Shown here: one piece after another, positions 25,146-38,101 of the stretch | How positions within the stretch are numbered: the stretch's first letter is position 1 | Layout: each line of letters opens with the position of its first letter | From: Felis catus | Taxonomy: Eukaryota | Direction of reading: 5' to 3' | Length of the DNA: 64,000 nt | Assembly (NCBI RefSeq): GCF_018350175.1 | Contig: NC_058368.1 | Span: 179,616,001 to 179,680,000 of the forward strand | Program-made: the position numbers and the translations under genes | The notes under the pieces: generated by a model | Seen by the model: only the letters and a program-made list of their open reading frames with translations | Database searches by the model: none | What the model was told of the DNA's origin: nothing

Positions 25146-26363
25146 ATGTCTGTGGTCGACTTTGCTGGCCGACTGAGGCGAGCAGTGCATATGCTATGGC
25201 TCTGGCATCGGTGGTGTCAACACTTCAGCACCTGACAGGGTTCAGGCTCCAAGAGAGATGAAGATGAGGCGGCGGTGCCCTTGAAGTGGGAAGATCCTGG
25301 TGTTCAGAATGGTCCTCCACCACCCACAAGCTCTGTGGCCTAAGACATGTTACTTTCCCTCTCTGGGCCTCAGTTGTCTCATCCAGACAGGATGGCACAG
25401 AGCATGGTCTGTTACATGGTCTATAGTTTATTAATTTCTCCTTTTTTGTGTCCCCTTCCAGCTTTCTCTTTCACCTACCCATGGGAGAGGGAGTGAGGGA
25501 TTTCTGGTTTTTTGGAGGTTAAAGGGTTAATGTTGCCATAAATCCTTAGAAGGGGCAGAAGACGAGGTGAAAACAGTGATTGAATGTCCTCTGCATTCTA
25601 CTCATTAAAGAGTTTTAAGGAGATGAGGGGCACAGTGGTTCACAGCCGGTTTTTAAGAGTTGGACTTTGCCATATGAGGATGAGCGGGTCCTGTTGGCCC
25701 CTCTGTTCTGGATTCATGTCCAAAGAGCCCATTCAGTGTTTGGTAGTGGTTTTCAACCTGTCGCTGAATAAGCAGCTTGATAGCAGCAGCACAGAGGCCT
25801 CCAATTATTCTCCACTCAGTTCTACGAGGTATTTGACAGCTTTAAAAACATGCCATTGGGGTTAAACCCCCTGGCCCTCACTCGCATCTGCAGAGTTGCA
25901 AGAGACTTGGAAGGTTAATCCCTCAGGCCTCTGAAAACACTCTGAAGTGTGGCCAGCCAACTCGCCCCAAGTCACTGGGGCTGTTGTCATGGTGGAGCAC
26001 CATCCCTCCCAGAAGTAAAGGCTGTAAAACCTCAGTTTCCAGGGAACTTCCTTCCAATGAGGGAGACCTCCTCTGAACTCTCCTCTCTGCTTGCTTGTAC
26101 CTCTCCTTCCTTTTCTCCATCGTCCCGTCTTGTCACTGCCTTGCGTGTACGTGCCATGTACTCCCCCACACACAGAAAGTTGCATTCAGCAAGGTGGTCC
26201 AGTGCCACTTTGAGGCAGCCCAGTGCGAGAGTAAAGAATGTGGCCTTTGGAGCCGTACACACCTGGGTTGGGGTCCTACCCTCTGGTGACCCTGAGCAAG
26301 TGACTTCAACTTTCTCAGCCTCGGGTTGATTCACTGTGCAACAGAGGTCACAGCCACAGCTCC

Positions 26364-26743
26364 GGTCTTTGTTTGCTTGGGCTGCCATAACAAAGTATCT
26401 CAGATGGGATGGCTTAAACAGCAGAAATTTGTTTTCTCATAGTTTGGATCCTGGAAGTTTGAGATCAGGGTGCTGGCAGGGTTGGTTTCCTGAGGGCTCT
26501 CTCCTTGTCTTAGAGCCAGTATCTTCCTGTGCCTCTACGTGCGGTTGTCCCTCTCTTCATGCTCAGCCCTGGTGTTTCTTCCTCTTCTCATAAGGAAACC
26601 AGGCATACTGGCTCAGGGCTCCTCCCTAATGGGTGTGTTTTAACTTAATCACCTCTATAAAGACCTGATCTCTAAATACAGTCACATGCTGAAGGAATGG
26701 GTCCAAGGGCTTCAATTTTAGGGGGACACAGCAGCCCACAATA
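26364..26743 (-). mobile_element. MLT1B-like MaLR solo LTR
   Basis: gggctgccataacaaagtatc...ggcttaaacagcagaaattt...ttaacttaatcacctctataaagacc...gggggacaca; TSD gctcc/gttcc. Confidence 0.88.
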
Positions 26744-26829
26744 GTTCCCAAGTGCATATTACATCGGGTGCTTTGTGACCTGCTTCTATGTGAATCCTCC
26801 TTCTTCATCTCAGGTCTAGGAGGTTAGAT

Positions 26830-26975
26830 ACTATAATATTTCCTTTTTAGAGATGAAGAAACAGAGTCCTAAAGATTTGGACAGCTTGCCCAAGGTCACA
26901 GAGCCAGTAACTGGCAGAGCCAAAATTCAAACCCAAACTTGCCTGACTCCAGAGCCTACATTCCTTACTGTACTT
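26830..26975 (-). mobile_element. MIR SINE
   Basis: cttgcccaaggtcacagagccagtaactggcagagccaaaattcaaaccc...tgactccagagcc. Confidence 0.85.
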
Positions 26976-27919
26976 ATGAGAAGTTAATAACTAGTTAATG
27001 TGCTGGGCACTTAGTAGAAGCTCAGTTAATGTTTGTTCCTTTATGTCTTTGAAGCCCTCAGTGGGCCGAGACGTGTTGAGTGACTGGGGCCCCATACCTC
27101 TAGGTAGTACCTTTTGCAGTTCGTAGATCCTTTTGTAGCCACCTTTAGTCTTCCAGTTCTACACTAAACTTGAAAACATAACTACATGCAATATGTGTCA
27201 CCATAAAACTCTATATCAATGTGAAACAATACTATAAAAGTGAAACACCAGTGGAGAAAACAAAAACCATACTACCCAGTTTTCTAGCAGAGTTGTTATC
27301 TGATGTGGTGAAATGATAATAGGGCGATGGGGAAACCAATCCATCAGGATGGTGGGGGGTTCAGAACCGCCTGCCTGCTGGGAGCTGCATCCCAGAGACC
27401 CGCTCCCCCTGTGCTGGCCTAGCCCTCAGAGGCCAGGGACGGGCCAGCCTCACCGTTGCAGACGTGGGGTCATTTTTTCCAGGGGCACAGCCACTAAAAG
27501 CTCATGGAAAATCTCCCTGCAAACTGGAGCTCCGTTCCCTACTCCCTCTCCATTCCCCCACCCCCTGAACACTGCAGTGAGGCCTCAGCCTTCTGTTTAT
27601 GTTATGCCATGCTCTGTCCCCTGCGGTTTCATCATGTGCTTGAGGACAGGTTAGCTTTAATCTGCATGTGGACAGATAATGGATTACAATGGGTGCCGTG
27701 GCACTCTTGGGATTTCTGGTTTGCGTGATTTGCTCGTGCTTTAACCTAGAGCTAGGAAAGAAGGCATGGAAGGTTTCTTTTCTCCTCCACTGAGGCTTTA
27801 TCCAGCTGAACACAAGTCTGTTGTCTATCCACAGAGTTGATTACAAGGCTAATACTTTGAATTGTCTTGTAGACTCTTAAATGATAGAATTTTAGAGGTA
27901 GGAATTAAAGTTACCCAGG

Positions 27920-28285
27920 CCAGAATTTCTCAAACTTCTCTGAGCATCTGAACACCTGGGAATCTTATTAAAATGTGAATTCTGGTTCTGTAGTTCTGAG
28001 GTGGGACCTAGAAGTCTGTGTTTATAACAAACTTCCAGGTGATGCTCCTGGCCTAGGACCACATTTGGTGAGCAAGGATCTAAGTTCCACTGCTTCTCAA
28101 GCTTAGCACATGGAAAAAAAAAAAAATCTCTTGAGGTGCTGGTTAAAATGCTGATTCCCAGTCTGTGTAACCAAGACATCTAGTTCATGAGATCTGGAAT
28201 GGACCCAGGATTCTGACCTTATAAATAGGCAACCTACACCTTTGGTGTATGTCACCCATGGGTATACTTTGAGAAACGCTGATCT
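27920..28285. mobile_element. Two adjacent MER5-family hAT-Charlie MITEs
   Basis: ttctcaaactt...cacctgggaatcttattaaaatg...aacaaacttccaggtgatgct, then cttctcaagc...actttgagaaacgctg. Confidence 0.75.
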
Positions 28286-28319
28286 ATTATAAACCCTATT
28301 ATTTTATAGATTGGGGAGC

Positions 28320-28540
28320 AGGCAAACAACCAAACATTTCTTGAGCACCTACTGTGTACTAGGCACCTTATGCGTATACAGTCTTCTTTAGTCTTCCTGA
28401 AGTGTAGATATTTTTATGCCTACTGTACAGATGATAAAACTGAGGCTTAAGAGTTTAACTAAGTCACCAGGAATAAACCCAGGCTTTTCTGACCTCCAGT
28501 TCTGTGGGTTGTTTTCTACCTTATCATGTGCCCCTGTGCT
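28320..28540 (-). mobile_element. MIR SINE
   Basis: ttgagcacctactgtgtactaggcac...tacagatgataaaactgaggcttaagag. Confidence 0.8.
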
Positions 28541-29652
28541 GAAACACACCTTAAAGAAGAGAGAGGAAAAACAATCATGGATCTCTGAAGGTTTCAAGGT
28601 TCAGTATTTTGTACTTTTATGCTTATATGAGCCTCTGTGAGCACGTGCTCATATCTGAGATCTAAAGTATTAAGACTTGAAATATTAAAACAGAAAATTT
28701 ATAGACTCAAATGCATGTGTGCGAGTAGAACTTTCTAAATTCCCTACAATGTATCAAAGTTAGAGTTGGGTTTTATATTTTAAAACTCTTTGGCCCTTTG
28801 GGCCAACAGAAGAACTTTCTAAAGTGATCAGGTAATACTTATACTGAGAACATTCTACCAGCTTGAAAAGTTTTTTTTTTTTCCAGAAAGAAAGAAAACC
28901 AAGCTGTGACTTTACAATGCTTTGGAATTACAGAATATGCTTGTAATTTTTACAATTCTGCACAGACTTCTTTGCCACATCTGGTTGATATTACTGGCAG
29001 GGATATATAGGGGAATAAACCATAGGCTGGAATGTGAAACATCCCACAAAATGAGTTTCTTATAGGTTGCTGCATAAAACATTTTGATTCTCCCTTTCTT
29101 TGGAAGGATGGCTTAAGTGATTTCATGGATTTAGTATTTTCTTTGGTTTGAAGGTAAGAGGTTTTGCTGGTCTACCTGGTGGGGGTTCCAAGGTGGCTTT
29201 CTGAAGATGTGTGCAAAGGGTTAACTATTCTATAGTCATGCCATGGATCACAGTGAGGAAAGTAACCCTTGAAGGTCAGACCGACACTGGACACTGGTGA
29301 TGATGGTGAAACCCTGGGGCCAGCTGAATTGCTACAGAAAAGGGGAGAATGTCGAAAGAAAAGGTTATATGTATAAGGGCTTCAGAAAACCTCTTGAATT
29401 TTCGTTCTGATGGTGCATTAAACAGCTCACAGCAAGAAGAGCTCAGCTCCTTGCACATACAGCCGGAAGCCTTCATATGTCGGTGTGTTCTCTGTGCTGT
29501 ATGTGAAAACAGTGAGTTGAGAAGGTGGAAAAATAAAACAAACACCCAGCTGATACCTGGCACATAGTCCATTCCCTGTTGGGGACATTCCTGCCCAATT
29601 CCTAGGAAGAGAACTGTGTGACCAGGGACAACTAAAACATTCATTAAACACC

Positions 29653-29655
<3 letters not shown>

Positions 29656-29700
<45 letters not shown>
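29656..29700. repeat. (TG)22 microsatellite
   Basis: Read directly from the sequence. Confidence 0.97.
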
Positions 29701-29701
<1 letters not shown>

Positions 29702-32357
29702 TGCAATGTGCTGGTTGTTGGGATGCTGAGTATAGAATGCAGACATGTCTAATCTGAGCCCAGAGGGTGTGAGGATGGGCTTCTTGCCACCTGGCTTCTT
29801 CTCAGACTTCCTTGGCTGGGACCCACCTGCAGAGTTGGAACCTCTCTGTACAACACCATGTGCTGCTCTCAGCACCTTGTGGCATGTGGTAGAGTCAGCT
29901 AGGCTCAGCGGGTCTGTGTGGCCAGCACCAAGAGTGCTCACATAAAGACTGTGCTCTCAGTGGCAACTTAGCCCATTATTGAGAATGAGAACCAGAGGCC
30001 AGCCTATGTGCACACCCAGGGATCTTTGTTCCCCTTATCTGGAGTTAAAAACTGTCAAGGGAATTGAAAATGTCTGGGAAATATCACATTATATATAGAA
30101 AAATATAAGTCTTTTGAGGTGGGCCGACCCCAAACACACGTTCTTCAATTGCCTGAATGATGCAAATGTACCCACATCTAATAATTGTGAATTATTTGTT
30201 CTTGAATCACGTTCAGCATCAACAGAAACATTTCCAAGGGCCTAATTATCCCTCATTTCCAACCAACATTTGGGAATCTTTCCAGGGGACAAATAATGTT
30301 TTAATTTGATGCCCAAATTCTAGCATAATTTCAAATTATCAAAAAAAAAATAATAAAAGACGTCTGTAACTTTGACTTTCTTTTATCTTTTCTGCGGGCT
30401 CAGTATCCTATATGTTGAACATTAATCTTCACTTGTAAGGTTTTCAGTCCATTTACAAAGTCCTGGAGATTGAAGATTGTAATGAAAATGTTTATGCCCT
30501 ATTAACAACAAAACTGTGCTAACACAGTACTGTCTAAGCCAAATAAAAAATGGAGAAGTTTGAGGGGACAGTTCAAGAAGGAAGCATAGGAAGATCCTGA
30601 ACTCACCTCCTTCCATAGACATGCCAAATATATAGCTACATATAGAACAATCCTCTATGAAAAAGACCTGAAAACTAGCTGAACAGCTCCTCCACAGCAA
30701 AGGATAAAAAGGCCACATAGAGATGATTAGGAAAGAGAGAGATATGGTCTTGCCAAAAGTCCCACCCCTAGTTAGGAGTAACCCACTACTGGGAGGGGTC
30801 CTATAAATATAGATTGTATCCATAAGGAGCAAGGGGTTCAAACCCCACATTAGGCACCCCAGTCATTGGGACCTGGGCTGGAGAAATGAGCCTCCAAAAT
30901 ATATGGCTTTAAAAACCAATGGGGCTTATATCCAGGAGACCTAAAGGGCTGTAGGATACTGAGACTCCACTCTTAAAGGGCTCACACAGATTCACTCACC
31001 CCAGGACCCAGCTCAAAAGCAGCAAGCTGAAAAGCACCTAGACTATATGTGAAGGAAATTCATTGGCTAAGTTTAAAGGGTCTGCCAGAGGAGTAGAGGT
31101 CTGTTGGAACTCTCTCCAGGGACAGACACATGGAAAGGCACCATTTTTGCATTCTCCCTCCACCTTGCTACCTTGTCCCACACCCCGTGCTGTCCTGCAG
31201 CCCTGCCAAACCCAGTAAGTGGGCTCATCCCAGCCTAGCATGCCCCCACAGCCCTACTTTGCCAAACCTGGGGGGACCTCTTGCCCTAGGCCACTTCTCT
31301 GCCATGACCCCACCTTGCAAAACTCACTTGGCAGGCTCATTACAGTCTGGCACTCTCCTATAACCTCAAAGTTAGCAGGTGTGCACATTCCACACAGGGA
31401 ATGCCCCTTGAATGCTTGGCTTTGAAGCCAGGTGTACTAGCATTTCTGGGCCCCACAGAACTGAGATAATAGAAGAGTTAGTTCTTATAAGGCTATGACA
31501 CCCAGGGCATTGCACAGACATCAGACTGAAATTTACCTCCAGGCTTCCTGTGACCACTTCTTAAAATTAGGAGAGGTATCTGCTTTGTCTAATACACAGA
31601 AAAAAACACAGAGAGTCAAGCAAAACAAGGCAACAGAAGAATATGTTCCACATGAAAGAACAAGATAAAACTCCAGGAAACATTCTTAATGAAATGGAGA
31701 TAAGTAATTTACTTGATGAAGAGTTCAAAATATGGTCATAAAGATGCTCACAAAAAGAAATAGAGGAAGAAAAGAAAAGAAAAGCAAAAGATGCTCACCA
31801 ATCTCAGGACAAGAATGGATGAACACAGAGAGAATTTTAAGGAAGAGATAGAAAATATAAGAAAGTACCAAACAGAAGTCACAGAGTTGAAGACTATAGT
31901 AACTGAACTGAAAAATACACCGAGGGGTTCAACAGCAGACCAGATGAAGCAATAGAATAAATCAGTGACCTGAAGACAGAGCAGTGGAACTTACCCGGAG
32001 CAGCAAAAAGAAAAAGGAATTTTAAAAAGTGAAGATAGCTTAAGGCACCTATGGCACAAATCAAATAGATCAACATTCACATAATAGGGAGTTCCAGGAA
32101 GAGGAGAGAGATAAAGGGACCTAAAACTTATTTGAAGAAATAATGGCTGGAAACTTTACTAACCTGGGGAAAGAAACAGACATCCAGATGCAGGAATCCC
32201 AGAAACTCCCTAATAAGAGAAATCAAAGGGACCCACACCAAGGCACCTTATAATTCAGGTGTCAAAAGGTAAAAATAAAGAAAAAATATTAAAAACAGCA
32301 AGGAAAAAACAATGTTTTACATACAAGGGAACCTCCATAAGACTATCAGTTGAGTTT

Positions 32358-32586
32358 GGGGCACCTGCATGGCTCTGTTGGCTAAGTGCCTGACTTCAGC
32401 TCAGGTCACGATCTCATGGTTCATGGGTTCGAGCTCTGCATCAGGCTCTGTGCTGACAGCTCAGAGCCTGGAGCCTGCTTCAGATTGTGTGTCTCCCTCT
32501 CTTTCTGCACCTCCACCTCTCTGTTCATTCTCTGTCTCTGTCTCATTCTCTCTCTCAAAAATAAATAAAAACAGTTAAAAAAATTT
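32358..32586 (+). mobile_element. Felid CAN-SINE nested in L1 ORF1
   Basis: 19-bp TSD aagactatcagttgagttt at 32339-32357 and 32587-32605. Confidence 0.96.
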
Positions 32587-33084
32587 AAGACTATCAGTTG
32601 AGTTTTCAGCAGAAATTTTGCAGGCCATAAGGGAGGGGCATGATATATTCAAAGTACTGAAACTTCCAACAAGAATACTCAACCCAGCGAGGTTACCATA
32701 TAAAAGGAGAGAAGAATTTTTCAAACAAGCAAAACCTAAAGGAATTCACCACTAATAAGCCAGACTCACAAGAAATGTTAAAGGGGACTTCTTTTTAAGC
32801 CAAAAAGAAAGGACACTAATTATTAACAAGAAAAATTATGAAAGCAAAAATTCTCACTGGTAAAAGTAAATATATAGTAAATGTAGTGGACAAATCACTT
32901 ATAAAGGTACCATGAAGAGTAAAAGACAAGGTAGTAAAACTAACTTAAAAATTAGTTAAGAGATAACACAAAATAAAAATATGTAAAATATGACATCAAA
33001 ACATAAAATGTAGGAGAGAAGAGTAAAAATGTAGTTCTAGAATGCATTTAAACTTAACTTTCTATCAACTTAGAATATCTACAT

Positions 33085-33195
33085 CTGTATGTCTGTATAT
33101 CTATATCTATATATACATACATACACACATACATACATACGTACACACATACATACATATGTGTGTATGTTTGTGTGTGTGTGTATACAGATACA
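33085..33195. repeat. Compound (TA)/(CATA)/(TG) low-complexity tract in the L1 inter-ORF region
   Basis: Read directly from the sequence. Confidence 0.85.
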
Positions 33196-33410
33196 CAGAA
33201 GATAATGAGAATGGAGTTGGAAAATAACACTAAAAAATGGCATCAAGCCACAAGGGAAGAAAGCAATAGGGTAAAAGAACAGAGAGGAACTACAAAACAG
33301 CCAGTAAACAGTGAACAAAATGGCAATAAGTACATACCTATCTATAATTACCTTAAATATAAATGGACTAAATTCTCCAATCAAAAGATATAGAGTAGCT
33401 GAATGGATAT

Positions 33411-33454
33411 ACATACATACATACATACATACATACATACATACATACATACAT
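33411..33454. repeat. (ACAT)11 tetranucleotide repeat in L1 ORF2
   Basis: Read directly from the sequence. Confidence 0.97.
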
Positions 33455-36400
33455 AAGACCCAATCTATGCTGCCTGGAAAAGACTCAACTCTGAAATAAG
33501 GACACCTACAGACTGAAAGTGAGGCATGGAAAAAAAAAAAGATGTTTGTGCAAGTGGAAACCAAAAGAAAACCGGGGCAACTATACTTATATCACAAAAT
33601 AGGCTTTAAAACAAAGACTGTAATTGAAGAAAAAACGGGCATTACGTAATGATGAAGGAGTTAATCCAGCAAGAAGAAATAACATTTGTAAATATTTATG
33701 AACCAACCTAGGAGAACCTAATACATAGAAAGTAAGTATTAACAGACCTAAAAATAAATCAATAGTAATATAATAATAGTAGGGGATTTTAGTACCTACT
33801 TAAGTCGATGGATAGATCACATAGATGTAAAATCAATAAGGAAACATCAGCCTTAACACATTAAATCAGTTGGGCTTAATAGGTATATACAGAACATTTC
33901 ACCCAAAAGGAGCAGAGTGCACATTCTTCTCCAGTGCACATAGAACTTCTCCAGGATAGATCATAGGTTAGGCCACAAAACAAGTCTCAATAAATTTAAG
34001 AAAATTGGAATCATATCAGGTATCCTTTCAGACCACAATAGTATGAAACTGGAAATGAATCACAAAAGAGAAAACTGAAAAAAATCACAATTATGTGGAG
34101 GTTAAACAATACTTTACTGAATAACCAATGGGTTAATGAAAAAAATCGAAGGAGAAATTCAAAAATACCTTGAGACAAATGAAAATGGGAATGCAACATA
34201 CCAAAATCTAGATGCAGCAAAAGCAGTTCTAAGAGGGAGGTTCATAGCAGTACAGGCCTACTTCAAGAAAAAAGAAAAATCTCAAATTAACAATCTAGCT
34301 TTAAACCTTAAGAAACTAGAAAAAAGAGGAACAAATGAAGGCCAGAGTTAGTAGAAGGAGGGAAGTAATGAAGCTCAGAGCAGAAATTAATAAAATAGAC
34401 ACTAAAATGACAATAGAATCAATGAAACGAAGAGCTGATTGTTTGAAAAGGTATATAAATTGATAAAGCTTTAGCTAGACTCACTAAGAAATAAAGTGAT
34501 AGGGTTCAAATAAATGAAATCAGAAGTGAAAGAAGATATATTACAACTGATACCACAGAAATATAAAGGGTCATAAAAGACTGCTATTAATAATTATTTG
34601 CCAACAAATTAAACAACCTAGAAGGAATAAATTCCTAGAAACATACAATACTTCACAATCAATTCATGAAGAAAGAAGATCTGAGTAGACTGATTACTAG
34701 CAAGGATACTGAATCAGTAATCAAAAACCTCCCAACAAATAAAAGTTTATGCTTCACTGGTAAGTTCTACCATACAAAGATTTTATACCTATATATCTCA
34801 AAGTCTTCCAAAAAACTGAAGAGGAAGAAATGCTTTCAAACTCATTTTACACAGATAGCATTACCCTGATACCAAAACCAGACAAGAAAACCACAAAAAA
34901 AAGGAAAATTACAGGAATATATCCCCAATGGATATAGATGCAAAAATCCTCAATAAAATATTACCAAGCCAAATTAGATAATTCATTGACAGGATCATAC
35001 ACCATAATCAAGTGGAGATTTATTCCAGTGGAGATTTAATCCAAGGATGCAGGGATGGCTAATATTCACAGGTCAATTAATGTGATATACCACATCAAGA
35101 AAGTGAAGGATAAAAATTATATGATTATCTCAGTGGATGTAGAAAAAGCATTTGACAAAATTCACCATCGATTTATGGTAAAAACTCTCAACAAAGCAGG
35201 TATATAGGGAATGCACCTCAACATAACAAAGGCTGTTATGACAAACCCACAGCTAACATCATACTCAATGGGCAAATCTGAAAGCTTTTCCTCTAAGATC
35301 AGGAACAAGACAGGATACCTGCTCTTGCCACTTTTATTCAACATAATATTGGAAGTCCTAGCCAGAGCAGTTAGGAAGTAAAAGAAATAAAAGTCATTGA
35401 AAACAGAAAGGAAGAAGTAAAACTGACACTATTTGTGGATGCCATGACATCATATATAGTAAACCCTAACATCACCACTAAAATTGTTAGAACTAATAAA
35501 TTCAGTAAAGTTTCAGGGTACAAAGTCAATATACAAATTTTTTTTGCATTTTAATACACTAACAAAAACTACCTGAAAGAGACATTAAGAAAACTGTCCC
35601 ATTTATAATTGAATTAAAAAAATAAGATGCCTAGGAATAAATTTAACCAAGGAGGTGAAAGACCTGTACACCGAAAAGTACAAGACATTAGTGAAAGAAA
35701 TTAGAGAAGGCACAAATAAGTGAAAAGATATTTCTTGGTTATGGCGTGGAAGAATTATATTGTTAAAATGTCCATATCATCCAAAGCAATTTACAGATTC
35801 AGTGCAACCCCTATCAAAATCCCAATAGCATTTTTTCACAGAAATAGAACAAACAGCCCTAAAATTGTATGGAACCACAAAATATTCTGAATAACCAAAG
35901 CAATCTTGAGAAAGAACAAAGCTGGAGGCATTCCTGTGCTCCCTGATTTCAGTCTATATTACAAAGCTATAGTAATGAAAACTGTATGGTATTGGAAAAA
36001 AAAAAAAAACAGACACATAGATCAATGGAACAGAATAGAGAGCCCAGAAACCCATTCATATATGGTCAATTAATTTATGACAAAGGAGGCAGGAGTATAC
36101 AATGGGGAAAGGACAGTGTCTTCAATAAATGTTATTGGGGTAACTGAACAGCCATATGCAAAAGAATGAAACTGGACCATCATCTTATACCATATACAAA
36201 AATTAATTCACAGTGGATTAAAAACTTAAATATAAGATCAGATATCATAAAACTCCTAGAAGAAATCATAAGTGGTAAACTTCTTGACATCATTCTTGGA
36301 GACATGTTTTTGGATCTGACTCCAAGGGTAATGGCACTTAAAGCAAAAATAAACAAATGGGACTACATCAAACTAAAACACACAGTGAAGGAAACCATCA

Positions 36401-36756
36401 ACAAAATTAAAAATAAAACTAAATGGGAGAAAATATTTGTAAATCATAGATCTTATAAGGAGTTAATATCCAAAATATATTTTTAAAAAAGCACACAACT
36501 CAATAACAAAAAACAGTCTGAATAATAAATGGGCAGAGGATCTAAATAGACATTTTTTTAAAAAGACATACAGATGGCCAACAGGCACATGGAAAGATGT
36601 TCATCATCACTAACCACCAGGGAAATGTATATCAAAACCACAATGAGGTATCATCTCATAATGTGAGAATGGCCATTACAATAAAGACAAGAAATAACAA
36701 GTGTTGGTGAGGATGTGGAGAAAAGGGAACCCTCATGCATTGTTGGTGGGAATTTA

Positions 36757-37212
36757 TTTTTATTTTTATTTTTTAATTTTTTTAATGTGAAATTTCTTGT
36801 CAAATTGGTTTCCAAACAACACCCAGTTCTCATCCCAACAGGTGCCCTCCTCAATGCCCATCACCCACCCCCCCCACCCTCCCACCCCCCATCAACCCTC
36901 AGTTTAGTCTCAGTTTTTAAGAGTTTCTTATGGTTTGGCTCCCTCCCTCTCTAACTTTTTTTTTCCTTTCCCTCCCCCATGGTCTTCTGTTAAGTTTCTC
37001 AGGATCCACGTAAGAGTGAAAACATATGGTATCTGCCTTTGTCTGTATGACTTATTTCACTTAGCATAACACTCTCCAGTTCCATCCACATTGCTACAAA
37101 AGACCACATTTCATTTTTTCTTATTGCCAAGTAGTATTCCATTGTGTACCTAAACCACAATTTCTTTATCCATTCATCAGTTGATGGACATTTAGACTCT
37201 TTCCATAATTTT
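36757..37212 (-). mobile_element. Younger felid-type L1 3' fragment inserted antisense into the old L1
   Basis: Reverse poly-A, tgtcaaattggtttccaaacaacacccagttctcatcccaacaggtgccctcctcaatgcccatcaccca; TSD gtgggaattta at 36746-36756 and 37213-37223. Confidence 0.92.
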
Positions 37213-37974
37213 GTGGGAATTTAAATTGATGCAGCCACTGTGGAAAACAGTATGGAGGTGCCTCAAAAATATAAAAATAGAACTACCATATGATCTAGCA
37301 ACTCCACCTCTGGGTATTTATTTGGAAAAAAAACAAAAGCACTAATTTGAAAAGATATCTGCACCCCTATGTTCACGGCAGTGTTAATCATAGTAGCTGA
37401 GATATGGAAACACCAAAGGGTCTACTGATGGATGAATGGATAAAGAAGATGTAGTGTTTATATATATTAGAATACTACTCAGCCATTAAAAAAGAGAATG
37501 AAACCTTGCCATTTGGGACAACATGGATTGGCCTCGAGGGCATTATGTTTGGTGAAATAAGTCACAGAAAAATACTGTATGCTCTCACTTATATGTGGAA
37601 TGTGAAAAGCAAAACAAATGAACAAACAAAACCAACCACATAGATGCAAAAAACAGAGTGGTGGTTGCCATAGGGGAGAGGCGATTAGGGGACGGGTGAA
37701 AAGGGAGAAGAGGGTCAAGAGGTACAGAATTCCAATCACGAAATAAATAACCCATGGAGATGTAATGTACAACATGGTGACTATAATCAACAATATGGTA
37801 TTGCATATTATATAACTTTATGGTGGCAAGGAAGCTAGGCCCACTGTGGTGGTCATTTTGCATTGTATACAGATATCAAATGGTTATGTTGTACACCTGA
37901 AACTATTATAATGCTATATGTCAATTATACTTCCATAAAAAATAATAAATAAGTAAAATCTGTTTTAAGTTAAA

Positions 37975-38058
37975 AAGAAGAAGAAGAAGAAGAAGAAGAA
38001 GAAGAAGAAGAAGAAGAAGAAGAAGAAGCAGCAGCAGAAGAAGCAGCAGCAGCAGAAG

Positions 38059-38100
<42 letters not shown>
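37975..38100. repeat. (AAG)18(CAG)3(AAG)2(CAG)4(AAG)2(CAG)13 compound trinucleotide repeat
   Basis: Counted directly; lies inside the L1 TSDs. Confidence 0.97.

Positions 38101-38101
<1 letters not shown>

Noticed and set aside
28638..28651. 14-bp palindrome tgagcacgtgctca
   Set aside because: About four such palindromes are expected by chance in 64 kb (64000/4^7).
29276..29941. Longest ORF in the track (221 aa, - strand)
   Set aside because: Runs through a (CA)n repeat (HTHTHT), has no recognisable domain and is antisense to SLIT3. Likely a chance ORF.
33320..37600. L1 ORF2 as an active endonuclease/reverse transcriptase
   Set aside because: Broken by many stops, frameshifts and insertions, and the catalytic F/YADD motif has decayed.
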